IMG/VR virus record: IMGVR_UViG_3300012001_000006
Span: 1-64,000 of that record
Source: a virus
Direction: 5' to 3' (one strand)
Length of the DNA stretch: 64,000 bases
The position numbers were made by a program, and so were the translations under genes. The notes under the pieces were generated by a model. It was not told the origin of the DNA. It did not search any database and saw nothing but the letters and a program-made list of their open reading frames with translations. Shown here piece after piece: positions 28,155 to 36,590 of the stretch. Each line of letters opens with the position of its first letter. Within the stretch, counting starts at the first letter, position 1.

Positions 28155-29276
28155 GTGAATCGCATCGCGCGCGTCTCAAAAATAGCAGTAAGCAAAGACG
28201 GCTATATCCGAATGCGGAAAGCTGCATTCAAGAAGTTGGCATTTCAACAGTTGGTGGCGAATGCTGATCCGGAATTGCTTAGTGAATTGATCGGTCAGGC
28301 GATCCCGTCCCGCATTGCAGGTTTTTGCGAATGGGTGAGCGACACAGCGCCGGTGGTCAGCGTCGGTTTTGATTGGCACATCAATGACGAACCAAACCGC
28401 GTCGCCATCTTGTCTAATGCGCCTCGCACCAATCTGATGATGGTCAACGCGAAGGGCTACGATTACGGGCCGCAGCGCACGTCGCGGTTCCTACTAACTT
28501 GGATTAATACCTTTCTCCGCCCGCGATTATCGCCTCTCGCGCGGCAAGATATTGTGTCGAACAGTAGCGGATGGCGCGGCGGCTACCTGTCCATTCTGGA
28601 CAACTTGACGACAGAAATGGCGCTCTACAAACAGGTTGAGCGGCGGGTGCGCGCGCTTGGCTTTGACTACACCGCGTACGGCATTCGGATGGCCTTCCCT
28701 ATCATCCGGCCAACTGTGTGGACGCACAACAATTACCCCGAAGAGTGGCAGCGGCGTTACGCAGAAAAGGATTACGTCGATATCGACCCTACCGTTCAGC
28801 GCGCGATCGAGTCGCCGCTGCCGATGGTTTGGTCAGACGCATTATTTGAGGATCAGCCAGAATTCTGGCGTGATGCGCAAAGGCACGGCTTGCGCTTTGG
28901 GTGGGCGCAGTCGTCAAGGGATGCCACCGGCTCGGTCGGTCTTCTCAGCGTGGCGCGACGCGATGGACCGATCACGGACGCCGAACTGCAAGAAAAGCAG
29001 CACAAGTTGTCGATGCTCGTCCAAATCACACACGCCGGCATGTCCAGGATTATGGCGCCCGCACTTGCGCCAGGGCTGCGCGCGACCGTAACCTCTGGAG
29101 AGCGCGAGATTTTACGCTGGACGGCCGAGGGGAAAACATCAGCCGAGATTGCGAGCATTTTGGAATTACCGGAGCGCACCGTCACGTTTCGACGCACCGC
29201 CGTAATTAGAAAGTTAGGCGCCGTGAATATCACCCAAGCGACGGTGATGGCGTTCTCTCTCGGGATGATTTGCTAG
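28155..29276 (+). CDS. RsaM(DUF4902)-like domain fused to an AHL-binding LuxR-family regulator (SolR/CepR-like)
   Basis: N-terminal SKDGYIRM..DPELLSEL..AGFCEW..VSVGFDW..RTNLM; C-terminal NYPEEWQRRY..DIDPTV..MVWS..GLRFG plus HTH EREILRWTAEGKTSAEIA. Confidence 0.88.
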   Translation: MNRIARVSKIAVSKDGYIRMRKAAFKKLAFQQLVANADPELLSELIGQAIPSRIAGFCEWVSDTAPVVSVGFDWHINDEPNRVAILSNAPRTNLMMVNAKGYDYGPQRTSRFLLTWINTFLRPRLSPLARQDIVSNSSGWRGGYLSILDNLTTEMALYKQVERRVRALGFDYTAYGIRMAFPIIRPTVWTHNNYPEEWQRRYAEKDYVDIDPTVQRAIESPLPMVWSDALFEDQPEFWRDAQRHGLRFGWAQSSRDATGSVGLLSVARRDGPITDAELQEKQHKLSMLVQITHAGMSRIMAPALAPGLRATVTSGEREILRWTAEGKTSAEIASILELPERTVTFRRTAVIRKLGAVNITQATVMAFSLGMIC

Positions 29277-29284
29277 AAAAATAA

Positions 29285-29302
29285 TAAGTCATTGATGACT
29301 AT
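29285..29302. promoter_or_regulatory. palindromic box upstream of the excisionase
   Basis: TAAGTCA-TTGA-TGACTAT. Confidence 0.75.
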
Positions 29303-29360
29303 CATTTGCGCCAATTATTGTATAAGATAATGCCATTACTTACCGAGTGGCGAGATAGCT

Positions 29361-29705
29361 GTGAGAACCCTAGACATTGATGAATGCGCCGAATTCCTGA
29401 AGGTTGATCGCTCGACCGCATTGCGACTGGCCGGCGGTGGCGAGCTACCTGGCGCCAAGATCGGACGCGCGTGGGTGTTCCTGCTGGACGACTTGGTGGA
29501 GTATCTGCGCACACAGGTGCGCTCTCAGGCGCGGCAGCGTCAAGCGGAAGCCGACACCGATGGCGCGCTGAACAAGGCGGTCGTCAATAACGCCTCGTTC
29601 GTGATGTCACCCATGCGCCGGCGGCCGAAGAATGCGGCCCCCGACCTGTCAGGCTACCCTGACCTTACCAGAGCTTCCCCGCCAAATTTGAGCCGCGCAG
29701 GTTAG
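29361..29705 (+). CDS. excisionase-like HTH_17 protein
   Basis: TLDIDECAEFLKVDRSTALRLAGGGELPGAKIGRAWVF; convergent with and overlapping the integrase 3' end. Confidence 0.85.
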   Translation: MRTLDIDECAEFLKVDRSTALRLAGGGELPGAKIGRAWVFLLDDLVEYLRTQVRSQARQRQAEADTDGALNKAVVNNASFVMSPMRRRPKNAAPDLSGYPDLTRASPPNLSRAG

Positions 29706-30828
29706 CGTAACGCGCCAACATTCTGGTCGAACTGTGGCCGGTGATCTTCATAATCTCTGTGTCCGACAATGTGGTGCGTTCGAAGAAGCGGGATGTCGCC
29801 TCATGACGCAGATCGTGGAAGGTTAGATCGGGACAGCCCGCCGTCTCGAAGACGCGCGAATACTGCTGCGACATCGCCGCGCTCAATCGCTCCAACGTCT
29901 GCCGCTCCACGCCCCCATCCCACCAAGGGAACAGCCTCTCTTTGTTGAACTTGAAGTCTTCCATGCCGCGCGTGCCGGCGCCCACATGCTCCAGGTACTC
30001 GCGCAGTTTGGCAACCGCGACCGTCGACAACGGCACCTGTCGTTTGCTGCCGTTCTTTGTTTTCTCCAGGAAGATCGTACACAATTCAAAGTTCAGTTGA
30101 TCGAGCGTGAGCGTGTACATTTCCCGCATTCTCATCGCCGTCTCCAGCGCCAGGTCAAACAGCATCTCGATGGCCGCCTGGTAGCGCATCTCAAGCGCCC
30201 TCTGCTTGTCGGCCGACTTCGCGCCCGCCATCACCGCGCGAATCGCCGGCTCTTCCAGCACACCTACGCGGCGATCGCGCGACACGTCTTCGCGCCTGGT
30301 GTGATGTGGGTTGTTCTTGGCCGCCTCGAACGATTCCTTGTCGGTGTATTGCGCGTAGCGTTTTGGCAGTTGACGAATTGGATTGAGCGCGAGCGCGACG
30401 ATGTTTTTATTGGACGCCCAATCGAAGCATCGAGCGAGCGCGCCGACGTGATGTCGAATCGTTGATGGCGCGATATTCAACTCGATCTTCATACTGCGAA
30501 TCCACTTCTCAACCCACACGTAGTTGATCAACTTGATCGGCGTCGCGCCGATTCTGGCATACGCCACGTTGAGCAGGTTCACGTCCGATTGCGGTATCGT
30601 GTTGTGCGCGAGATAGCCGCGAATCACTTCGGCCAAGATGGTGTAGACGGCGGTTCGGGTGTCCAGCTCCGGCGGCACGATGCCGTTATCGAGCAGCGCT
30701 TCGATCTTCGCGATGTAGGCGTCGCCTTCTTCTTCGTTGTTGGTGTAGTAGCGCCACGGCCGCGGCAGCAATTTTGCGCGCTTGACGACGTACTCCCACG
30801 AGTCGCCTTTCTTCCGTTTCATAGCCAT
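29665..30828 (-). CDS. int: tyrosine integrase
   Basis: Complete catalytic set: ETAMR, KTKNG, FHDLRHE, TGH, RYANL; adjacent to the tRNA fragment. Confidence 0.93.
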   Translation of the reverse strand: MAMKRKKGDSWEYVVKRAKLLPRPWRYYTNNEEEGDAYIAKIEALLDNGIVPPELDTRTAVYTILAEVIRGYLAHNTIPQSDVNLLNVAYARIGATPIKLINYVWVEKWIRSMKIELNIAPSTIRHHVGALARCFDWASNKNIVALALNPIRQLPKRYAQYTDKESFEAAKNNPHHTRREDVSRDRRVGVLEEPAIRAVMAGAKSADKQRALEMRYQAAIEMLFDLALETAMRMREMYTLTLDQLNFELCTIFLEKTKNGSKRQVPLSTVAVAKLREYLEHVGAGTRGMEDFKFNKERLFPWWDGGVERQTLERLSAAMSQQYSRVFETAGCPDLTFHDLRHEATSRFFERTTLSDTEIMKITGHSSTRMLARYANLRGSNLAGKLW

Positions 30829-30945
30829 CTTTTTCCTCCCGTTGACGGCCAACAGGCCGAAGTGCGGGTGGACTGTCCACCCGCGATGGGTGGAATCATA
30901 CCCTTTTAGGCACTTTTAGGCGACTCTACGTTGGCGACGGGCAAG

Positions 30946-30969
30946 AAAAAGCCCACTAGGAAGTGGGCT
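30946..30969 (-). terminator. terminator downstream of the tRNA-Cys 3' fragment
   Basis: AGCCCACT-TCCT-AGTGGGCT-TTTT on the minus strand. Confidence 0.7.
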
Positions 30970-30996
30970 AAGTCTTTGATTCTATTACCTAAAAAC

Positions 30997-31047
30997 TGGA
31001 GGCGGGGGTCGGGATCGAACCGGCGTAAACGGCTTTGCAGGCCGCTG
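30997..31047 (-). other. attP core: 3' portion of tRNA-Cys(GCA)
   Basis: Minus strand CAGCGGCCTGCAAAGCCGTTTACGCCGGTTCGATCCCGACCCCCGCCTCCA gives anticodon arm, T-arm and CCA. The 5' acceptor strand and D-arm are absent. Flanked by a perfect 15-bp inverted repeat. Confidence 0.88.
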
Positions 31048-31115
31048 TCGTTTGTTTAGAATCAAAGACTTGCGTGAGTCGTCCACCTTATCGTCCACCC
31101 GACACTTTTTCAACT

Positions 31116-31763
31116 TCAGCGCGACAGGTAGGTCTCGATGGACTTGCGATCCGCCTCTTCGTCGATGCGAATCAGGTTCGCGTAGCCATTTTCCAGTTCG
31201 GCCCACACCATCCCGAACGCCTCGAAGATTGTGAAGTCGAGGCCGGTCAGTCGGGCCAGACGCCCACCTTCGTTTTGCCAGAACACGTACGGGAAGCGAA
31301 GCTGCTGCGGACAGGCCAGGATGCACTTCTTAGCCAGCGCTGAGAGCGCCTTGGTGCGCTCCATGCGGGAGACCATCGTCCAGGTCACGCTGGCGACCTC
31401 TGACGCGTCCATGCCGGTCTCCAGGGCGAACAGAATCGCCGCAGCTTTCGGTTGCTGCGCGTGTCGCAGTCCATTACGCAGCTCACCCGCTGTCAGGTAG
31501 ACGCGCGATGGCGAGCGGTAGGTCAGCATGGGAGGGCTGGCAAATTCGTTGCGCGCGACCGCCGCTTGTACTTCTCGCATTGCGAGGTCGATGGCTGATT
31601 CTGCTTGATCGCGCTGGCCGGCTTCTGACATGCGGGCCACGAACGCGTAGATGGATGCGGTGCTGATCTTGTCGGCCGGTCGAGACCAGAGCGGCGACTG
31701 TGAGAGCGGCGATACGCCGAGAATTGTGGAAATCTTACCGATGTCCTTGAGCGCTGGTGTCAT
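31116..31763 (-). CDS. degenerate tyrosine-recombinase-fold protein
   Basis: YLTAGEL...AILFALETGMDASEVASVTW resembles box I with Asp at the catalytic Arg; no HxxR. Confidence 0.6.
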   Translation of the reverse strand: MTPALKDIGKISTILGVSPLSQSPLWSRPADKISTASIYAFVARMSEAGQRDQAESAIDLAMREVQAAVARNEFASPPMLTYRSPSRVYLTAGELRNGLRHAQQPKAAAILFALETGMDASEVASVTWTMVSRMERTKALSALAKKCILACPQQLRFPYVFWQNEGGRLARLTGLDFTIFEAFGMVWAELENGYANLIRIDEEADRKSIETYLSR

Positions 31764-31799
31764 GTTCCCTCCAACGCTCAAGGATACCGCATTGCTAAA

Positions 31800-32423
31800 T
31801 TACGCGATAGCGAAATCCAGCGCCAGCATATCGGCGATTTCGACGCAATTCGTTATGTCGATCCGCTGCAAATCCAGATCGTACGCATGCGCCTCAAGTC
31901 GCCAAGCCTGCTCGGTCGTCATCATCACTTCCATGCGCTTCGCTGCCGTCTTGATAACTCTGTTGTGACTGTTGCTCCCTATCGCCGCCGCTGCCGTCGC
32001 ATCATTGATCGTACGCTGTAAAAATCGCTCATTGATGACTGACTGCGGATTGTCGACGAAAACCTGGCGCAACTGAATTTCGTCGCGGTGGCTTTTGCAC
32101 CACAACGCGATCTGTTTCGCGCCGACCGGCTCACACACCAGAACGATATGGTCGCCATGCATGAACAGTCGATTCAGTTCCGCCGTTGACAGTCCGTAGA
32201 AGTTGTCGCCGAACTGGATGCACTCGATGAACATGCCGCAGTCTTTCATCGTCTTGAACTTGTCTGCGCCGATGAAATAGTAATCGACGCCATCGACTTC
32301 GCCGGCGCGTGGCAGCCGCGTGGTGGTTGATACCGCTTTCATGCAGCCGCGTTCGACCATCATACTTTCGAGCGTGGATTTACCGGCGCAGGATGGGCCG
32401 GTCAGTGTGGTGAGTTGTTTCAC
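31800..32423 (-). CDS. guanylate kinase-like NMP kinase
   Basis: GPSCAGKST, STTTRLPRAGEVDGVDYYF and NFYG motifs. Confidence 0.88.
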   Translation of the reverse strand: MKQLTTLTGPSCAGKSTLESMMVERGCMKAVSTTTRLPRAGEVDGVDYYFIGADKFKTMKDCGMFIECIQFGDNFYGLSTAELNRLFMHGDHIVLVCEPVGAKQIALWCKSHRDEIQLRQVFVDNPQSVINERFLQRTINDATAAAAIGSNSHNRVIKTAAKRMEVMMTTEQAWRLEAHAYDLDLQRIDITNCVEIADMLALDFAIA

Positions 32424-33130
32424 AGAATGATCTCCAAAGGGGGTAGAGTTTGTTGAGTCAGCCCGATTGCCGCAGCGGCGTCCAGACCGAGCTTTCGGAC
32501 TTGATGGTTGATGTACGCCTCGACATCGATCTTGGCGGCTGTGGTGGCCTTTGCAAGCGCCTCTTCCGCCTGCCCCACGACGAAGCTGACTGAGCCTGGC
32601 AGGTACTCGGCTTCGCGACCCAAGTTCTTGTGGATCTCGCGCAATTCACCCTTCGGCAGTTTGCCCGACTCAATCAGGTCGCCGAGCTTGCGGATTTCAG
32701 CTTGCATAGCTTCCATGCGCCTTCTTCCAGACGCTTCGATTTCGCGCTTGAAGATTTCCATCTTCGACTCGTTCATGACGATGTACGGCATCGGCTCGCC
32801 GTTCACGTATGCGAGAGTGCATGGAACGCCGTCGCCACGTCCAGGCGATGTGATGAATTCGGCAAACTGCGAATGGCTCATTTCGAACTCAACGAGCGTC
32901 GTGCCAACGCTGTGATTCCAGTCATTCGACAGGTTGCGCGCCAGCTCTGCGCGCTTGACCCGAATGCAAATCCGATGGTCGTGCTTAACGTCCGAGCCAA
33001 AGAGCGTCTTGTCGCCGCCCGTCACGACCGACATCGTGACGACGCCAAAAGCGGGATGGTCGAAGACTTCGTGCGGCTCGCACTTTCCCGTTCTCTCCTC
33101 GCGCTTAGTTGGCCGCTGATGCTTTCTCAT
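32420..33130 (-). CDS. hypothetical phage protein
   Basis: 236-aa coupled ORF (HPAFG...LFGSD...EMSHSQFAEFITS..GDGVPCT). Confidence 0.7.
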   Translation of the reverse strand: MRKHQRPTKREERTGKCEPHEVFDHPAFGVVTMSVVTGGDKTLFGSDVKHDHRICIRVKRAELARNLSNDWNHSVGTTLVEFEMSHSQFAEFITSPGRGDGVPCTLAYVNGEPMPYIVMNESKMEIFKREIEASGRRRMEAMQAEIRKLGDLIESGKLPKGELREIHKNLGREAEYLPGSVSFVVGQAEEALAKATTAAKIDVEAYINHQVRKLGLDAAAAIGLTQQTLPPLEIIL

Positions 33131-33326
33131 TTTCCGGCTCCTTTTCTGTTGCGGCTCCGCGAGCCAGTTTGTCGGTGATCATCACAAGGAAACGCGTCAT
33201 GGTGAAGATCGGTACTTCGTTGCCGGCGTTGTCGATGATCTGGACGAGACCGCCTTTGTTCGTGTTGAACACGCGTTCCGTCCAGGGCATCGTCGCCTTC
33301 AGCGCTTTGAATTCTTGCTCGTTCAC
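33105..33326 (-). CDS. hypothetical protein
   Basis: 73-aa ORF with GTGA overlap. Confidence 0.6.
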   Translation of the reverse strand: MNEQEFKALKATMPWTERVFNTNKGGLVQIIDNAGNEVPIFTMTRFLVMITDKLARGAATEKEPENEKASAAN

Positions 33327-33643
33327 GACGCACCTACCTTTCGTTTGCCAACTTCCTTCTTCAAGAGGATCTTCATCATCAGCACCGAGCCTTCAGTGGT
33401 GGCGAAAATGTAGATGATGCCGACCGCGACGATGTTCCACCAGTTGCCGGTCTTGATCGCTTGCCATACCTGCAAGGTGATCAGAATGTTCGTGGCGAAC
33501 CAGACGCCGTTGGAGCAGAGCGCAGCCCAACGGTGATAGTTTGGATCGCCGCTGTTGCGGCTGCGGCTGACCCATGTGAATGCCATGTTCTGTACGAAGG
33601 CGATCAGCGCGAGCGTGGCGAGGTCGAGAATTGAAATGTTCAT
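33323..33643 (-). CDS. small membrane protein (about 3 TM segments)
   Basis: ATG 33643 with AGGGG RBS; three hydrophobic segments. Confidence 0.7.
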   Translation of the reverse strand: MNISILDLATLALIAFVQNMAFTWVSRSRNSGDPNYHRWAALCSNGVWFATNILITLQVWQAIKTGNWWNIVAVGIIYIFATTEGSVLMMKILLKKEVGKRKVGAS

Positions 33644-33651
33644 GAAGCCCC

Positions 33652-34032
33652 TTAAAAGGTTGAGTGTTGTTGCGGTTGATCGGGTGAAAATGTCGGCATT
33701 GGAGGGAACGCGATCCTCCGCAGGTCGGCGATGTGTTCTTTCATCAGCGAGACGACTTGTTCGCCGGCGCCAGTTACCTGCTGCCCCGAACTCGGCCGAA
33801 TGCCGGCCTCCCACAGCGCATCGAGCAACGCCTGGGCCGACTGTTCGTCGAGTTGAAATGCCGGATTGGGCGCGCTGTAGACGCCATACGCGCTCGTTGA
33901 CACGGCCAGTGGCGGGAAAGGCATGAGCGTCTCCACTCCAGTCGGCGTCTGGCGGGCAAGCACATGCACGTCGTACGCGTTGCACGCCAGGTTGCGCTCA
34001 AGCCGCGCTTTGCAGATCGGTATCAGGTTCAC
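33652..34032 (-). CDS. hypothetical protein
   Basis: GTG 34032 with AAGGAG RBS; AQALLDALWEAGIRPS...HIADLRRI. Confidence 0.65.
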   Translation of the reverse strand: MNLIPICKARLERNLACNAYDVHVLARQTPTGVETLMPFPPLAVSTSAYGVYSAPNPAFQLDEQSAQALLDALWEAGIRPSSGQQVTGAGEQVVSLMKEHIADLRRIAFPPMPTFSPDQPQQHSTF

Positions 34033-34334
34033 GTAGTCTCCTTCGGAATCCACACCCAAGCGGCGACCCACGTTCCGCGCTCAGTTTTCGCCAGCATCGG
34101 CTTGTCGTCGATTTCGATGTCGTCGTCGGACGGCAATGCGTACTGTTCGCGCGCCAGGGCGACAATCGCGCCCTCCTCGCCAGACAGCTCCGGCTCCAGC
34201 ACCGTATTGACCGCATTGACGATCTTTTCCAGATCGATGCTGCCGATCGTTGTGATCGGGTGCGGAGGGAACTGCTGCATCCCAAGCCTGGCCCGTCTGA
34301 AGTCGGCCTTCAGGTCGTCGATGTCGATTTTCAC
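34029..34334 (-). CDS. hypothetical protein
   Basis: Coupled ORF; DDIEIDD...GTWVAAWVWI. Confidence 0.65.
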   Translation of the reverse strand: MKIDIDDLKADFRRARLGMQQFPPHPITTIGSIDLEKIVNAVNTVLEPELSGEEGAIVALAREQYALPSDDDIEIDDKPMLAKTERGTWVAAWVWIPKETT

Positions 34335-34492
34335 GCCGCCTCCTCCACGTCGCCAACCATCACGTCGGTCGTGCTGTCAAACACATTCGAGTCGCGCGCA
34401 TCCTCAAGACTTTGCGCCATCTCGTCACGCGCTTTCTCAGCCTCCCCCTGGCTCTTTGCGCAGATCGTCACCAGAATCGTGAAGTTCTTCAT
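34331..34492 (-). CDS. 53-aa hypothetical protein (below the ORF track cutoff)
   Basis: MKNFTILVTICAKSQGEAEKARDEMAQSLEDARDSNVFDSTTDVMVGDVEEAA, with ATGA and GTGA overlaps at its two ends. Confidence 0.65.
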   Translation of the reverse strand: MKNFTILVTICAKSQGEAEKARDEMAQSLEDARDSNVFDSTTDVMVGDVEEAA

Positions 34493-35883
34493 GCTGCCGC
34501 CTTCAGGATTGCCGCGCCCCGCTTTGCAGCCTCTTCTTGAGCGAAGACTTGCGCCAGTGTGTCCGCGACCGTTTTATCCTTGCGCAATTCAACGTAGCGC
34601 GGAAGGAAGAGCGAGTGCAGATCGCCTTCTTTCGACGGCCGCATGACACCGGTCGCCTTGACAGCCATGATGGTGCCGAGCAGCGCTGCGCGGTTGTCAC
34701 TTATCTCCTTACGCTTCGCATCCTTGAAGCCGGACACGGACACGCGCAGTTGACCGCAGGACGTTTCAGTGATGACCGACCCGAAGGTGGCCGCGTTCTT
34801 GCCGTTGCCTGGTTCGAAGCCGACGATTTTCAGATCGACGACGAACTCCAGCTTCAGCTTGACCTGATCCTTTGATGTCGCGTCGCGCCAAATCGCCGTC
34901 ATCTTTTTAAGGACGACGCCCTCTTTGCCGAGCGCCAGCAGTTCGGCATAGTATTCGTACGCCGCAGCCAGGCTCTTGACGATGCGCGTCGGGATGAGGC
35001 GTACCAGCGACGCAGGGCCGATCGCCGCTTCGCGTATTTGCGTGATGAGGCCCGTCAGGCGATTCTTGTACGGATCGAGGTACTGGCCCTTCGGTTTGAC
35101 CGATGTCAGCGGAATCTGATCCCACACCAGCAGCACCGGCTTTTCGCCAGGGCCGAAGTCGCCGCCCTTGAGGACGCTGTTCAGAATGCCGTTGCCGATT
35201 TCACGCGCCAGGACAACGCCGTCGCGCTCGACGACCACTTCGCCATGACTTTGCGTGGAGCGTGGGAAGGTGAGCTGAATGTCGCCAATCATTTCGTCGA
35301 ACTTTTCAGTCGGGAACTGGCTGCCTGCGCGCGACGACAGAAACACTTCGCCGTCGTCTTCGTGATCGACGTTGAAGAACATGCCGTCCGCCTTCTCTTG
35401 CGCGATAACGCCGCCAGCAAAATCCCACTTGCTCAGATCGGTGTCGGTCGGCAGGCAGCAGCGCATGTACGGGAAGTCCGGCACCAGGCCAGGAAACGCC
35501 TTGTTCGTGGTGTTCTCGCCAAAGCCGGCGCGCAAGTCTTTCAACAGGATGCGCTTGAACAGCTCCGCAGACTCTTCGCCGAGACGGTTGATTTCGTCCA
35601 GAATCGCCGCCTGCATTGCGGTGCCGGTCAGGGCGCGGACACGCATCTGGTCAAGGATCTCCCACGTCTTCGCGTCGAACTGACCGGCGCCAGGTGCGGT
35701 GCGTTCCGGTATCTTCTTGACGCCGTAGGTGATCGTCGTGTCGCAGGCGGCCTTCAGCACTTTGCGCAGGAGGTCGCTGGTGTCGCACTTCTTGAGCATC
35801 GCCTCTTTGTCGTTCTTGCCAGGTGTGGCGGCGATCGATTCAATTAAGCCAAAAACCTCGTCGCTATTCATAAGTAAGATCAT
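34489..35883 (-). CDS. ATP-dependent DNA ligase
   Basis: QEKADG (motif I), HGE, WD, EGVVLK, KLK and LFLPRY..LRKDK motifs. Confidence 0.93.
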   Translation of the reverse strand: MILLMNSDEVFGLIESIAATPGKNDKEAMLKKCDTSDLLRKVLKAACDTTITYGVKKIPERTAPGAGQFDAKTWEILDQMRVRALTGTAMQAAILDEINRLGEESAELFKRILLKDLRAGFGENTTNKAFPGLVPDFPYMRCCLPTDTDLSKWDFAGGVIAQEKADGMFFNVDHEDDGEVFLSSRAGSQFPTEKFDEMIGDIQLTFPRSTQSHGEVVVERDGVVLAREIGNGILNSVLKGGDFGPGEKPVLLVWDQIPLTSVKPKGQYLDPYKNRLTGLITQIREAAIGPASLVRLIPTRIVKSLAAAYEYYAELLALGKEGVVLKKMTAIWRDATSKDQVKLKLEFVVDLKIVGFEPGNGKNAATFGSVITETSCGQLRVSVSGFKDAKRKEISDNRAALLGTIMAVKATGVMRPSKEGDLHSLFLPRYVELRKDKTVADTLAQVFAQEEAAKRGAAILKAAA

Positions 35884-35894
35884 GTTTCCTCCGG

Positions 35895-36584
35895 TTATCG
35901 TGATGCGGCAACACGCCGCGCGTACTGCAATGGGGATTCGTTCGGCAGCATCATTACTACCGGACGTGACGCGATGAGCGTCTTCAATTCGGGTGGCGTC
36001 GCGTTGACGGCCAGCGCAGCGACAACCTTCGGCGCTGGTGCCGGTGCGACAACCTTCGGTGCCAGTGCGGCGGGCGTCTCCGCCAGCTTCTTCATTTCGG
36101 CGTTGATCGCTGCGGCGTAGCTGTCTTCTTCCGGCGCCGGCGTGTCGAACTCGCGATCAGCCGCGGTCGGCGCTTCCTTCGGGGCCGACTTCGTGACGAC
36201 ATCGATCACGCGCCGCTTGCCTGGCATACGCGGGATTTCATCCGGCAGCGTCAAGTTCGTGATGATTTGGTTCTGAATGAACTGGCGCGGAAAGTAGAAC
36301 AGCGCCTCGCCCTTCAACAGCTCCTCGTTACGCATATGAATCGCCGCACAAGTCTTGTTGGCGATCGAAGGGATGCAATCGGCGTGCAGCGGGTGCGTAC
36401 GGCCCGCCTCATGCTCTGAAATCTTCCAGAGACACGACGAGTACGACGGACTGCGCTGCACGATGTCGCAGCCACGCAGATAGAACGCGTTGTCGCCGCC
36501 GGCCGAAGCCGATGGTGGGTAAATTTTCTTCGGCACTTCTGCCGGCTTCACTTCTTCAACTTTTGTTTCATCGGTCATCATCAT
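35895..36584 (-). CDS. hypothetical protein (Cys-rich N-terminal half)
   Basis: 229-aa ORF with GGAG RBS; ends ESPLQYARR. Confidence 0.65.
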   Translation of the reverse strand: MMMTDETKVEEVKPAEVPKKIYPPSASAGGDNAFYLRGCDIVQRSPSYSSCLWKISEHEAGRTHPLHADCIPSIANKTCAAIHMRNEELLKGEALFYFPRQFIQNQIITNLTLPDEIPRMPGKRRVIDVVTKSAPKEAPTAADREFDTPAPEEDSYAAAINAEMKKLAETPAALAPKVVAPAPAPKVVAALAVNATPPELKTLIASRPVVMMLPNESPLQYARRVAASR

Positions 36585-36590
36585 CTCCAG

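Noticed and set aside
30997-31075. Complete tRNA-Cys gene
   Set aside because: The sequence upstream of the anticodon arm cannot form the 5' acceptor strand or D-arm; only the 3' portion is present.
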